NCBI GenBank assembly: GCA_907165135.1
Contig: OU015569.1
Span: 11,966,001-12,030,000 of the forward strand
Direction of reading: 5' to 3'
DNA length: 64,000 nucleotides
From: Oikopleura dioica
Taxonomy: Eukaryota; Animalia; Chordata
Position 1 is the first letter of the stretch, and each line of letters opens with the position of its first letter. The notes under the pieces were generated by a model that was given only the letters and a program-made list of their open reading frames with translations, searched no databases and was not told the origin of the DNA. Shown here piece by piece: positions 44,438 to 59,900 of this stretch. The position numbers and the translations under genes were made by a program.

Positions 44438-44939
44438 TTGACTCCGTTTTTCTCAGAAAAAAATATTCAGGAAGTAAATGTAACCGATCGCCGGTATCAG
44501 TGATGGGTGTTCTGAGGAAATCATAACTCCAGCTGACCTGAAGACAGACGTCCGTCGCAGTATACTGTCTGTCTTGTCCTAGAAATAGTAAAATCGCGCT
44601 TTTGAAGTGTCATTAACCTGCTTTCTGAGACCTGGTCTGTCATTTGAAAGTTCAAAATATCAACTTGCTTTTTTCGTCATTCTCTTTGATACTAACACTA
44701 CTGCATTTTTGTCATCAAAAGTCAAAATTGCCTTTGAAAGTTCTCTGCTAAGTCGGATTGGAAGAACTTGCACATGCTGTTAGTGCTTCCTTTTCGGATT
44801 TCGATTGTCCACTAATAAAAAAAATAATTTCTTTGCAAACAAAAAAAAGACGCAAGAATTTTATCATATTTTGTTTATTGAAAGAAAGAAAGAGTGAATA
44901 ATGGTATAAGAGAAAAAAAACCCCTTCGCCGTGTTTTTC

Positions 44940-47900
44940 TTAGTTTTCGTCAGTGCATTCTGAAGACATACAGCTGCATTCCTTGGCGACTGTAAGCTCG
45001 TATGTGAATGATGAGCCGTCTGGGCAAATCATATCGACGAGCTTTGTATCGGTCTCGGTGCAAGTGCAGCAAGAGCATTGCTTATGGTATTTGTTCATGG
45101 CTTCTGACCAGATGGAAGTTGAAGTACATTCACCAGAGCAAAGAGTCATCTCGACGACCTCCTTGGAGATGCATCCATCAGCTTCGACGTAGTCGGTGTA
45201 ATCAACCTTGACGCCGCATCCAGAAGTTGTTTCTCGCTCGCAAGTGACGCAGCAGCCATCTTCTGAGGTCTTGATGAACTCAGGTGGACATGTCTCGTCG
45301 AACTCTGGGCACTGAACGGAAGAGCACTCGGTGTAGACCTGACCAGTCAGCTGATCTCGGACGCAGCAGCAAGTTGAGCACTGGTCGTTTGATGGAGACC
45401 ATGTCTGGCCAACAGTGTACATCTTGTTGTTGTATTTACAGCTCTCCTGGACGCACTCGCCGCAGCACTGTCCTTCAACTGGCATCATGATGTAGCCTTC
45501 GGAGCAAGTCGAGCACTTTGTCTCGTGACAAACAGCGCTGTATGTTCCCTCGGAAACTTCCATGCATGTGCAAGTTGTGCAAAGATCCTTGCTCCAAGTT
45601 TCACCGCATTCGTATGTCTTGTCGCCGATGCAGCAGATTGGCTCAGCAATGCATGTTCGCTGGATGCAACCGCAGACATTTGTAGAGTCGCTAGCAATTG
45701 TTCCCTTAGGGCACTCATCTGGAATGATGCACTCATCGCAGACGCACTGGACAGTGGAGCAGCAAGGGTTGAGCTCAATGTTCTTGAGAGACTTTCCAGC
45801 TTCGCAGGTCATCATCTTGTTGGCCATAGGGCACTTGCTGTAATCGCAAACACACTCGGCTGATGAGCAGCATTCGTTCTCAGCAGCTGGATGGTTGACG
45901 ATCATCTCGTATGACTCGCAAGCAAGATCGATCTTGGCACACTTAGTCTCGTCACAGACACACTCGTAAGTGTTAACCGCTGGACAGCATGCGTTGATAA
46001 TGAAGCTTGAGACCAATCGAAGCTTCTGGTCGCTTGAACAAGTTGGAGTGACTGACTCCTGGCACTTGCTCTCATCGCAAACACACTTGTATGTAGCGCA
46101 GCAACCAGTCTTGGTTGTTTCGAGCTTGAATCCTTCATTACAAACTGGAGCAGATGGACATCGAGATTCGTCGCAGTCGCAAACGTACTTTGTGCAGCAG
46201 TCGCCGTCTGGAATTATCTTCAATACTTCGTGCTCGTCGCAGCATGGAACTGTGGTTGAGCAAGTTGTAAGGTCGCAGATGCAAGCATATTCTGGGCAGC
46301 AGACGTCACTGTTGAGAGCGACGAGCTTCTCTTGTGGGCCACACTTCACTGTGATTGCTGGGCATGTTGATGGATCACAGACACAGATCTTTGATTCGCA
46401 ACATCCGTTAACCTTGATCTCTTCACGCTCGCCGAGTCCGCAGACTGGATCGTTCACAGCTGGGCAGAGTTTCTCGTCACATTCGCAGTTATATTCTGGA
46501 CAGCCAGATTTGTCTTCGCCAGTAACAACAAGTGCTTCTCCGCAATCGCAAACTGGTGCCTTGTCGCATTCCTTCTCCTCGCAGTAGCACTCATAGTACT
46601 CGCAGCAAGTATCCTCAGATACGAGTGTCTTCGTGCAACCAGCTGGGCAGGTGATTGGAGCTGGGCATTGGTTGATAAGAGATGAAGCAATGTGTCCAAT
46701 AGCAACGCATGTATGCTGGATACATGGATTGGTGCAGTCGGTCCAGATCTCACCAATATGTCGGCCGATGTCGTCCTCATCGACGCATGCTTTACACTTA
46801 TCACATGTAACACAAGCGCCATCCTTGAGGATGAGACCTTCTGGACAATAGCAACCTTCAGAGTTGTAGTTGATCTTCAATGACTCGTATGTGAGGTAGT
46901 TCTCACATGTTCGAATGACATCAGGACCACAAGTTCGGTATTCCATGCCGGCTGGGCAATGTCCTGGGCAGAACTCAGCAGATCGCCACTCGAAACACTC
47001 TGTTGTCTGCTGACATTCTCGAATGTAAGCGGCGTAACTCTCGCAAGTGTAGTCAACAGTAGTGTTGACAACTCGATCTTCCACAGTTGTGGTGATATGA
47101 CCGGTCTCGCAATTGACTGTGTTACAGACTGTCTGATAGATCTCAGAGTTGACGTGTGAGCAAATATCGAAGACTTCGCTGAAGGTTGTGTCGCATGACT
47201 GAGTATCCTCGCACTCTTCGATGTCATCGCATTCTTCGTTCCTTGAAACTGTCCAATAGTCAACGGCAGATTCGACTGTTGAGAACTGAGCAGTTGCGAA
47301 ATCATTCTCGCTGATTCCGTCGCACTGACCGCAGATACCTTCCATTCGGCCAGCATATGATGCAGAAACAGTGACAGACCAAGCACCAGTACAAGGTGTG
47401 TAAGCAAGCTGAGCATCGCCAATGCACGCTCGGATCTCATTGAAAGATCGAGTGATTGTGAATCCATCAGCATTAACTTCACTGCCTGTCGCCACAGCAA
47501 CAGTGTTACTCTGGAGGCCAAGAATGTGTTGGATAGCTTCAGACCTTGAAATCTTCAATACTCCACTGTCGACAGAGAAGATCTTGATGTAGTCAACTTG
47601 TGAGTTCTCGTTCTTGTAGACAGAAATGGAGAATCGACCATCGTTAGACTGAGCAACAGTCACTTCAGTGCAAGTGATCGTAGATGTGAAAGATGTTGAG
47701 TCGAATGAAGTAAAACCAACTCCAGCGAAACCAGAGCAAGTACAACCGCAAACGTAAGTGACACAGCATTCACCCTGAACCTCGATTGGCTCGTGACCGT
47801 TAGCGCAAGTTGGCTTGACAACGGCACAGGTAACATCTTCGCAGGAGACGTGTCCTGTTTCAAGGCATGTGCATGTAGTGCAAGCGCTCTTTGAAACGAT

Positions 47901-50900
47901 CTCACCATACATGTAAGTTTGGCCATTGTAATCACATCCCTTCTTCTTGCAAACGTAGTTATCGCAGCATCGATTAAGCTTGCCAGAGTTAACAAGCATC
48001 TCATCGGCAGCACAAGTTGGGATGACACATTTTTCGTAGTCGCACTGGCACTCGAATTCAGAGCAGCAGCTAGTCTTGCTAACAAGTTCAACGACCTTTT
48101 CGTATGACTCACAAACTGGCTTCTCTTCATCGCAAGATGACTCGTCACAAATGCACTTGTAAGATGGGCAACACACGCCAGTGATCTCGACAACCTTTTC
48201 ATTTGCCTTGCAAGTTGGGATTACTTGTGAGCATTGCTGTCGAGTACAGGTGATGGAGAGATCTTCGTTACATGTGCATGTATCGCATGGAGAATCACAA
48301 TTCGTCCACTGCTCACCGACAAAGTAAGTGTATCCGTCATTCTCGTCGACACAGTTGTTAATGCATGGCTCACATGTTGGGCAACAGCTTCCCTCAACCT
48401 TTCGAAGAGCAAAACCAACAGGGCATGATTCAATATCGCATGGAGTTGTATCGCACTTGACCTCACCCATTGTACAGAAACATGTCTTACAGCCATCGTC
48501 ACTTGTCCAAACCTGACCGGAAGCGTAAATGAATCCATTGTAAGTACAAGCGCATTTTGATGGATGAATACACTCAGATCCACTGCACACGAGACCTTCT
48601 GGGCAAGACTTTGGACAATTAGAATCATCAGTAACACCAGGACAAAGATCAATGTGAATCTTTGGTGTTCGGGTGTGATCTGGTGTCGTCGTTGTTGTCT
48701 TTGTCATTGGAGTCCAGGTTGACTCAGTAGGTGTAGTCATCGTCTTTGGTGTCATTGTCTTCGATGTTGTTGTTGTTGACGTGGTTGTGGTGGTTGTTGT
48801 TGTCGTTGTTGTTGTCGACTTAACACACTTGTACACTGGGCAACAATCGTCAACCATGTAATCGAATTGACGGATGTATCCCTTTGGACATTCTCGGTCG
48901 AACCTGAAGCACTTATCCTTATTGCAGACGCATTCATAAGTAAAGCAACAATCTTCGGAGTTGAATTTCTGAATTTGATCCTCAACGCATGAACATGTCT
49001 TCTCAGCAACTTGTGGACAATCGCCCGCCGTTTCTTCAGTACATCTTGAACAACATGGCGCATCACAGCAGCGATCGACATTGTAGCGGCCGATTTCGAC
49101 AAAACCGGTCTCGCACTCGCGATCTGGACAGAGAATAGACTGGCAGATAGCATCACCTTCAGATGAGCAACAGCAAGTAGTACAATCATCCAAATACCAA
49201 ACTTCACCGAAAGAACGCTCGTTTCCATCACCGTCAATACAGACACTTTGAGTAACAAATGAAAACTCAGTAATGAAATTGGAGGTCGTCTCAGTTGGAT
49301 GAGTTGGCATCGTTGGCTTAGTTGGCATATCAGTATGAGCTGTTGAAGTAAGGATCTTTGGATCAGGTGTCGGATATGTTTCGGAATGCGATGGGTGTGT
49401 GAATGTTGGATGAGTAGAGTAAGTTGAGGTTGGATGAGTTGGATCTCCAGTTGAAGGAGTAGTTGTAGTTGTCTCATCAGTTGTTTCTGTTGGGCACTCA
49501 GTTGTTGTAGTTGTGATTGGAATGCACTTGACGGTCTCGCAGCACTCTCCGAGTGGAGTGAATCGTGTAGCAGAGAAACCGGCTGGGCATGGGCAATCAC
49601 CAACTGGAACACAGTTGTCTCGGTTACACTTGCAAGAGTACTTGCAGCAGCATCCATCAGCAGTTGGGGTGATGACAAGATCCTCACAAACATTGCATGA
49701 TGGAACGGTCTCGTCGCACTCAACATCCTTGCAGCTGGTTGGAACACAAGTGGTCACAGAGCAGCACTGATCGATCTTGTGGACAAACTCGCACTCGTTG
49801 TCGGCGCATTTTGGAGCCACTGTCTGCTGACACTTTCGGTCTGTCACTCGGATGTCGTTGACAGAGTAGCATGTGTAGACCTTGCATGGTTCCTCAATTG
49901 TGCTCCAGCTTTCGCCGTAATGTCGTTCACAACCCTCATCATCGATACAGAGTGGTGGTGGTGGTGGACAAGTTGGGCTACCTGGAGTGCAGGAGATAGT
50001 GGTGGTAGTTGTATGAGTTGGTGTAACGGTTTCAGTTGTCTGAGTTGGTGGAGTGTGAGTAGCAATGGTGGTAGTGCACTGGATCCTGACACACTTTGGT
50101 GTGTCGCAGCAAGCTCCCTTGATGGTATCAACAAGCTCGTATCCTTCTGGGCAGTCACAATCACCGAGCTCGAAGCATCGGCTCTTGTCGCACTCGCAAT
50201 AGAACTCTTCGCAACATTCGTTGTCCTTGGATGTCCTTGTCTTGCAGACCTCGTAGACCTCGCATTGTGGAACAACAACTGCTGGACACTTAACATCCTT
50301 GCAGCTGTCTGTGTCTGGACAGCATGTTGGGGCGTCGCAGCACTTGGTGAGAGCGTACTTGCCAGTCTCAACAGTACCTGCTGGGCACTCTCGTGTCTCG
50401 CACTTCTCTTCGACACACTGAGGCTTGCCCTCAGCGGTACAGCAGCATCGCTTGCAATCGCCTTCGCTCCAGATGGCACCATATGCTCGTGGATTACCCT
50501 CAGTATCGATGCACATCATCTTTGTTGTGGTGGTGCAAACGGTAGTTGTATGAGTAGCTGGAGTTGCTGTTGGCTTAGTCATAGGTGTCACTGTTGGCTC
50601 TGTTGGCTTGGTACCCATAGAGTGAGTAGTGTGAGTTGGATGAGTGTAAGTATGTGGATCTTCAATATGTGGAGTTGGTGTTGGGAAGGATGTATGTGGT
50701 GTCACTGTTGGCATAGATGGATGAGTAGTCCTTGTGCCAATAGTTGGTGGTGTGGCTGTTGGTGGAGTTGAAGTTGGGCATGTTGGCTCAGTGGTGCCGT
50801 GGCAACATCGAGTAGCCTTGCAACATTCATCCATCCAGTATTCAACGGCAACGTATGGAGCCTTGCAAGTAAGCTTGCCCATATCTGGGCACTCCTTGCA

Positions 50901-53900
50901 GACACAAGTGTATGTGTATGGGACGCACTTGTCCTTAGTCTGAACGGCAACGCACTCCTGGCATGCACCGCAGGTTGGTGGTTGTGGCTGGACAACATCG
51001 GCACAGTCATCAGGGATACACTTCTCCTGGACGCAACAACCCAAGTCAGTTGTGACCTTAGTCTCACATGTCTCATCGCAAGTAACGAAGACGTCGAGGC
51101 ATGAGCTCTTTGTGCAGGAGATTGTGCCGTCGGCTCGGCAGCAGCAAGTCTCGCACTTAGAGACAGTCCACTGTTCACCATACTGGTACTCCTTGCCGTC
51201 CTTGGCATAGCAGAGTGGTGGACAAGATGGGGTGACATGAGTGTAAGTGGTCTGTGGTGTCATAGTCTTATCCATCTTCGTGGTTGTCTCTGGATCAATA
51301 TGGATGTATGGTGTCCTTGTGGGATGAGTTGAATCAGTATGAGTAGTAGTAGTTGTTGTCTCATCAGTTGTTTCTGTTGGGCACTCAGTTGTTGTAGTTG
51401 TGATTGGAATGCACTTGACGGTCTCGCAGCACTCTCCGAGTGGAGTGAATCGTGTAGCAGAGAAACCGGCTGGGCATGGGCAATCACCAACTGGAACACA
51501 GTTGTCTCGGTTACACTTGCAAGAGTACTTGCAGCAGCATCCATCAGCAGTTGGGGTGATGACAAGATCCTCACAAACATTGCATGATGGAACGGTCTCG
51601 TCGCACTCAACATCCTTGCAGCTGGTTGGAACACAAGTGGTCACAGAGCAGCACTGATCGATCTTGTGGACAAACTCGCACTCGTTGTCGGCGCATTTTG
51701 GAGCCACTGTCTGCTGACACTTTCGGTCTGTCACTCGGATGTCGTTGACAGAGTAACATGTGTAGACCTTGCATGGCTCATCATCTGTACTCCAGCTTTC
51801 ACCGTAATGTCGCTCACAGCCCTCATCATCGATACAGAGCGGTGGTGGTGGTGGACAAGTTGGGCTACCTGGAGTGCAGGAGATAGTGGTGGTAGTTGTA
51901 TGAGTTGGTGTAACGGTTTCAGTTGTCTGAGTTGGTGGAGTGTGAGTAGCAATGGTGGTAGTGCACTGGATCCTGACACACTTTGGTGTGTCGCAGCAAG
52001 CTCCCTTGATGGTATCAACAAGCTCGTATCCTTCTGGGCAGTCACAATCACCGAGCTCGAAGCATCGGCTCTTGTCGCACTCGCAATAGAACTCTTCGCA
52101 ACATTCGTTGTCCTTGGATGTCCTTGTCTTGCAGACTTCGTAGGCCTCGCATTGTGGAACAACAACGGCTGGGCACTTGACATCCTTGCAGTCGGTTGTG
52201 TCTGGGCAGCATGTTGGAGCGTCGCAGCACTTGGTGAGTGCGTACTTGCCAGTCTCAACAGTACCTGCTGGGCACTCTCGTGTCTCGCACTTCTCCTCAA
52301 CACACTGAGGATCAACACCCTCAGCGGTACAGCAGCATCGCTTGCATGGACCTTCGTTCCAGATCTCACCGTATGCTCGTGGATTACCCTGAGTATCGAT
52401 GCAGATGTTCTTTGTTGTGGTTGTGCAGACGGTAGTTGTATGAGTAGCTGGAGTTGCTGTTGGCTTAGTCATAGGTGTCACTGTTGGCTCTGTTGGCTTG
52501 GTGCCCATAGAGTGAGTTGTGTGAGTTGGATGAGTGTAAGTATGTGGGTCTTCAATATGTGGAGTTGGTGTTGGGAAGGATGTATGTGGAGTCACTGTTG
52601 GCATAGATGGATGAGTAGTCCTTGTGCCAATAGTTGGTGGTGTGGCTGTTGGTGGAGTTGAAGTTGGGCATGTTGGCTCAGTGGTGCCATGGCAACATCG
52701 AGTAGCCTTGCAACATTCATCCATCCAGTATTCAACGGCAACGTATGGAGCCTTGCAGGTAAGCTTGCCCATATCTGGGCACTCCTTGCAGACACAAGTG
52801 TATGTGTATGGGACGCACTTGTTCTTAGTCTCAGTGGCAACGCACTCCTGGCATGCACCGCAGGTTGGTGGCTGTGGCTGGACAACATCAGCACACTCAA
52901 TTGGGATACACTTCTCCTGGATGCAACAGCCCAAATCAGTAGTCTCCTTCTTGTGAGTCTTCTCATTGCAAGTGACGTAGACGTCGAGGCATGAGCTCTT
53001 TGTGCAGGAGATTGTGCCGTCGGCTCGGCAGCAGCAAGTCTCGCACTTAGAGACAGTCCACTGTTCACCATACTGGTACTCCTTGCCGTCCTTGGCATAG
53101 CAGAGTGGTGGACAAGATGGTGTGACATGAGTGTAAGTGGTCTGTGGTGTCATAGTCTTATCCATCTTAGTTGTTGTCTCTGGATCAATATGGATGTATG
53201 GTGTCCTTGTTGGATGAGTTGAATCAGTATGAGTAGTAGTAGTTGTTGTCGCATCAGTTGTTTCTGTTGGGCACTCAGTTGTTGTAGTTGTGATTGGAAT
53301 GCACTTGACGGTCTCGCAGCACTCTCCGAGTGGAGTGAATCGTGTAGCAGAGAAACCGGCTGGGCATGGGCAATCACCAACTGGAACACAGTTGTCTCGG
53401 TTACACTTGCAAGAGTACTTGCAGCAACATTCATCGGCAGTTGGGGTGATGACAAGATCCTCACAAACATTACATGATGGAACGGTCTCGTCGCACTCAA
53501 CGTCCTTGCAGCTGGTTGGAACACAAGTGGTCACAGAGCAGCACTGATCGATCTTGTGGACAAACTCGCACTCGTTATCGGCGCACTTTGGTGCAACGGT
53601 CTGCTGACACTTTCGGTCTGTCACTCGGATGTCGTTGACAGAGTAGCATGTGTAGACCTTGCATGGTTCCTCAATTGTGCTCCAGCTTTCGCCGTAATGT
53701 CGTTCACAACCCTCATCATCGATACAGAGTGGTGGTGGTGGTGGACAAGTTGGGCTACCTGGAGTGCAGGAGATAGTGGTGGTAGTTGTATGAGTTGGTG
53801 TAACGGTTTCAGTTGTCTGAGTTGGTGGAGTGTGAGTAGCAACGGTTGTTGTGCACTGGATCCTGACACACTTTGGTGTGTTGCAGCAAGCTCCCTTGAT

Positions 53901-56900
53901 GGTATCAACAAGCTCGTATCCTTCTGGGCAGTCACAATCATCGAGCTCGAAGCATCGGCTCTTGTCGCACTCGCAATAGAACTCTTCGCAACATTCGTTG
54001 TCCTTGGATGTCCTTGTCTTGCAGACCTCGTAGACCTCGCATTGTGGAACAACAACTGCTGGACACTTAACATCCTTGCAGCTGTCTGTGTCTGGACAGC
54101 ATGTTGGGGCGTCGCAGCACTTGGTGAGAGCGTACTTGCCAGTCTCAACAGTACCTGCTGGGCACTCTCGTGTCTCGCACTTCTCTTCGACACACTGAGG
54201 CTTGCCCTCAGCGGTACAGCAGCATCGCTTGCAATCGCCTTCGCTCCAGATGGCACCATATGCTCGTGGATTACCCTCAGTATCGATGCACATCATCTTT
54301 GTTGTGGTGGTGCAAACGGTAGTTGTATGAGTAGCTGGAGTTGCTGTTGGCTTAGTCATAGGTGTCACTGTTGGCTCTGTTGGCTTGGTACCCATAGAGT
54401 GAGTAGTGTGAGTTGGATGAGTGTAAGTATGTGGATCTTCAATATGTGGAGTTGGTGTTGGGAAGGATGTATGTGGTGTCACTGTTGGCATAGATGGATG
54501 AGTAGTCCTTGTGCCAATAGTTGGTGGTGTGGCTGTTGGTGGAGTTGAAGTTGGGCATGTTGGCTCAGTGGTGCCGTGGCAACATCGAGTAGCCTTGCAA
54601 CATTCATCCATCCAGTATTCAACGGCAACGTATGGAGCCTTGCAAGTAAGCTTGCCCATATCTGGGCACTCCTTGCAGACACAAGTGTATGTGTATGGGA
54701 CGCACTTGTCCTTAGTCTGAACGGCAACGCACTCCTGGCATGCACCGCAGGTTGGTGGTTGTGGCTGGACAACATCGGCACAGTCATCAGGGATACACTT
54801 CTCCTGGACGCAACAACCCAAGTCAGTTGTGACCTTAGTCTCACATGTCTCATCGCAAGTAACGAAGACGTCGAGGCATGAGCTCTTTGTGCAGGAGATT
54901 GTGCCGTCGGCTCGGCAGCAGCAAGTCTCGCACTTAGAGACAGTCCACTGTTCACCATACTGGTACTCCTTGCCGTCCTTGGCATAGCAGAGTGGTGGAC
55001 AAGATGGGGTGACATGAGTGTAAGTGGTCTGTGGTGTCATAGTCTTATCCATCTTCGTGGTTGTCTCTGGATCAATATGGATGTATGGTGTCCTTGTTGG
55101 ATGAGTTGAATCAGTATGAGTAGTAGTAGTTGTTGTCTCATCAGGTGTCTTCGTTGTTGTTGTCGATGTTGTTGTTGTTGTTGTCGTTGTTGTTGATTTA
55201 TAATCAGGTACGCATCTTGGAACAGGGCAACACTCACCAGCCGGCTTCTTGAGTTCAAGAGTGTATCCACTTTCGCAATAGCAATCATTGAAAATCTCAC
55301 ATTTTGATTCATTGCAAGCACATTCAAATCGACAACAGCACTCAGATGCTTGGACTGTGATGATATCTTCGTAGTATTCGCAGCATGGAACCTCAAAATC
55401 ACATTCTTCTCCCTTGCATGATTCTGCTCGGCATTCTGCTACTTCACAGCAACCATCCTTCGACATTTTTACCTCTCTTATTTGTTCTGGTTCGCATTCG
55501 CCAAGCGAGTCGCATTCAAGCTGACGGCATCGAACAGATCCATCTTGATAACACATGCAGTAATGACAGTTTGCTGTGTTCCAGTATTCACCGAATTGTC
55601 GTTCTTCGCCATCCTTATCGATACATGGCTCAGAGACTGGTGGGCATGACCAGGAAGTTGTTTTCATTGTGGGCTTTGTTGTTGTTGGGTGAGTGGTCGT
55701 TGTTGTTGTTGTTGTTGTAGAAGTTGTCGTAGTCGAGGTTGTTGTTGTGGTTGTCTTTGCGGAGCATCCAGGAATATCCTGAATCTTAAGATCGTTTTGC
55801 CAGCAAAAGTATCGCTTGCACTCATCTTCGTCATCGTAAAGGGATCCTGGCGCAAGAGTCTGTCCACAAGGAAGCATGCATGGACAGTCTTGCATTTTGA
55901 CGCAGGTATTCAAGTCATTCAAAACATATCCAGAAGCACATTGCATAGGCTTTTCATCTTCACAAATATCAACGCAAGTATCTGTGTCATGAACACACTG
56001 TACCAAGACTGATCGCCAAGCATGGCAAACCATGTTGCATGTGAATGAGCATTCTTGTTTCTTGCCCTCTGGGCATTCATCGACTGTTTTTGTAGTGAAT
56101 GGCTTTGTCTCCATACCCTCGTACTTAACATCGGGTGGACAGATCGTTGTGACCGTTGGTGCAGTCCATGAGCTGCCACAAGGAAGACCAAGACACTGAG
56201 CGTGGCCCTCCATGCAGAAGCAAGATCGACAATCGTCAGACATCTCATCGATCTTTTCACCGTGACCGTAGACAACACCGTTAATTTCCATACAAATGCA
56301 TTCATCAACTGGGAGGCAGTGTTTGCCGTCATCAGACATGACATGCTCGTCGTCGCAAGTGCAACCTTCAACGCATGTATCTGGGCAAGTTGTCTCAATC
56401 TGTGCCCAGTTATGATAGTTGTCGCAGGATTTTGGACAAGCGCTGACACATGGATCATATGATCGACAACCGTCACACTGGACTGGACAAAGCTGTTGGT
56501 TTCTCCAGTAGATATGAACACCGTGTCGGTTACATTCTTGAGCGTAAGCACCGATGGCAGTACACAAGCATTCGCAATCTCCGCCAGAATCACATGCACA
56601 TGAATCGAATACGCAGTTATCATAATAGTATGATGGATCAACGTGGGCATGACAAGCAGCGAATGTCTCAGAATTGATGATTGAGCATTTTTTGACAGCC
56701 CAGATCTTTCGATGAGGATTTGTCTCACAAATGTCATTCACATGCTTGGAGTCTGGGCATGTTGAATCGACTCTCCAGGAATCACCGAAGGAAAGAACAT
56801 TAGCAGTTGCAATGCCACCTCGAGATACAAGATCATCAATTACTCGATCATCGTAGTCGCCACAGAGACCTTGGACCTTACCCTTGTACATTGGGTCAAG

Positions 56901-59900
56901 CTTGATGATCATCTGGGTACCCTTGTCCCACTGAACGGTCAAGCCAACGTCAGTGGTAATGAAAACCCACAAACCAGCGTATCGAACGTCAAATCCGGAT
57001 CCCTTTTCGAGAGTGATTGGCTTTCCTCGGACAAGTCGCAATGATGACCTCTCCATAGTGTTTTCTTGATTCAAAGTAATTGTAATAGACTTTGTGCAGA
57101 CAGTTCCCTGGCTACCACATTGCTCGTTTCGAGCGGTAACTCGGAAGCTTGCATGGGCGCTTGGGATGGTTTCGACGTATGTGTATTCACAGGCACCCTG
57201 GAACTGATAGTTTCGGCTATCGAAAGTTGTAATATGAGAGTCTCCATACGCTCGGCAATGGCCTGGGCAGACAAGATCTGTGCATTCCCAGGATCCGGAG
57301 ACACACTGGCAATGGTTGCAGTCCTTCTTCATCTCTTCGCCTTCCTTGTATGACTTTCCTCCATGATGGCATGGACAATCAGCTGGTCGGACACAGTCTC
57401 CAGTTGTCTCGTCCAAGACAAAACCGTGCATACAAACGCAGCCAGTTCGGCAATGCTCAACCTTCAATGGAATTCGGTTCAAATGCATGTTAGAGCATGT
57501 AAGTGGATCGATTGGAACACAAGAGTTGAGCTCAGCATTGATGCCACAAGTCTCTTCGATTTCGCACTCGTTGTCAGTGCAGAACCACTGTCCCTTGTGA
57601 CACTCGCAGATGTTGCAATCTTGCATTCGAGATTCACCAGCGAGGAACTTCTTCTGTTCATAGTAGCATGGGCATTCTCCGATTGGAATGCATTCACCGT
57701 CGTAATCCATAACGGATCCTTCTGGGCAAGTACAACCCTGGACGCAGCCTTCTGTGCAATCATCAGCGTAGCTAAGAGATCCACAAGATCGTCCGCAGCT
57801 CTTGGCGCACTCAGCAAAGACCATACCATGTGGGCATTCTACATTGCACTCAGTGCAATTCTGTCTCCAACCATCAATAATAATTCCGTTCTTTGCGCAA
57901 GCGCTGCTGTAGTCGGAAAGGATTGTACAAGCACTCTTCTCATCACCAGTCTTGCAGTAATCCTGCATGCAAAGAGAGTAGTAAGCTTCGTAATCAATGA
58001 GTTCGTGACACTGGACGAATTGTCCGGACAAAATTGAGGCACAAATCTTTTGAGCGTGACCTCGTCGGTTAGCGAACTGAGCGCAGGCGTTCATGGGAAC
58101 TCGCTGAGGAGCGCTGTCGCATGTTGTTGCCTGCCACTTGAGAGCAAACTCAACGGCATTAGCTTCAATGTCGTTTTCTGGTGTTCGGAACTCGTCAGAT
58201 TGAGCGTCGTTAAAGTTACCACAAAGACCTGAAACAGATCCCTTGATTGAAGCTGGAGCTCGAAGGTAGATTCGATCGGTCTTGTCCCAGAAGATGGTCA
58301 AACCATTAGCAAGTGTGACCTTGTGGAACATAGTTGTGACCTTCTCAATAACGAAGTACTCTCCGTGGTATGGAAGAGAAGTGACAGAGTCGGTAGCATG
58401 AAGAGCACCTCCAGCGATGAGCTTGACATCTTCTCCGTTAACTCGAAGGATGACGGATCGGCCGCAAACTGATCCAGAGCAATCATGATTTTGGATGAGA
58501 ACTTCCCAAGTGAAATCACCGAATCCACGGGAAAGAACGTAGGTGCAATCGCCTTCAAAGTCGTAATGGACACCATCGAAGGTTGTGTAGTGGCTTCCCA
58601 TAGCAGTGCAGACACCGTCGCACTCGTTTGTTGTGCATTTCCATCCTCCATTGACGCAGACGCACTGGTTGCAATCTCGCTGGATTCGGGACCTTGGAGC
58701 GTACTCGTCATGGCCGAACTTGCATGGGCATTCTCCTCGCTGAAGACACTCGCCATCATGGAGATAAGTTCCAGCTGGGCAGTGGCAGCCGTCGATGCAG
58801 TGATCGTCGTCGCAGTTGTACTGTTGAGCCCAGCAAGTTTGTGGGCAGCTTGATCCGCAAGTCTTGAAGATTTGACCAACTGGGCATTGAACCTCGCATC
58901 GAGCAGGGCATCGCCAGTCGACATGAACGTCGTGTCGAGCGCATTCTCTGAAGTAAGCAGACATGGAATTGCAGATCCACTCTTCAGTATTGTTTCCGGA
59001 AGAAAAGCAAACGTCTTCTTTGCATGACTCAAAGTATGGTCGTGGGTCGACAGTATCCTTGCATTCTGTATCAAGGAGATAAGAGCAAAGCATGATAGCT
59101 TCGGTGGCCTTCTGTGCTGAAGCCTCGTCATTAATGTTGCAATAGCCCTCTTCAGTTGCATCAAGGCAGCTTTGGTCGATCTTCCAGCTGTTTGCGAAAA
59201 GTGAAACAGTCTTCACGAGAGTGCCAGATCGAGTTTCAAAGTCGTTGGTTTGGTCTCGGTCGAAGACACCGCAAAGACCAGATGTCTGGCCCATCATACC
59301 TTCGTCCATTCGGAGGAAGACAGACTCGGCACCGTCCCACTTGAGATACCAGCCGTTGATTGCTTCTCGAACGACAATGTAGTCGCTGATTCGCTGGATC
59401 GAAAGATCGTAAATCATTGTTGGGAGAGGAACAGCTTCGTTGGAAGCAGTGAAGACAGCTGGCTGGCCATCTTCGTCAAGCCTGATGTCAACAGAAGCAT
59501 CGTTCATGAAGATGGTCAATGCTCGAGTGCACTTTCCTGTGCCGTCGCATTCACCGTCGTTCTTGATGTGAATAGAGAAAGAGCCTGTAAGCTTATCTTG
59601 GGCAAGAACATAGCTACACTGGCCTCGGAATCGGTAGATTTTTCCATCGAAAGTTCGGTAATGATGCTGACCCCAAGTCATGCAGTAGCCTGTCTGATCT
59701 GCTGGAACGTTACCCTTGGTGAAGACACCAGAGACCTGTCCGATTTCTCGTGGATCGACAGCGTTTGCTCGAGCAACACAAGCTGGTGGAGTGCTGCTTG
59801 TGCCCCATCGACCGTCGTTACATGTGTAGTATCCAGACATTGGTGGGCTTGGCTTGATGTCAAATCCTTCTGGACAGCTTGGAACGCAGATCTGGAGTCC

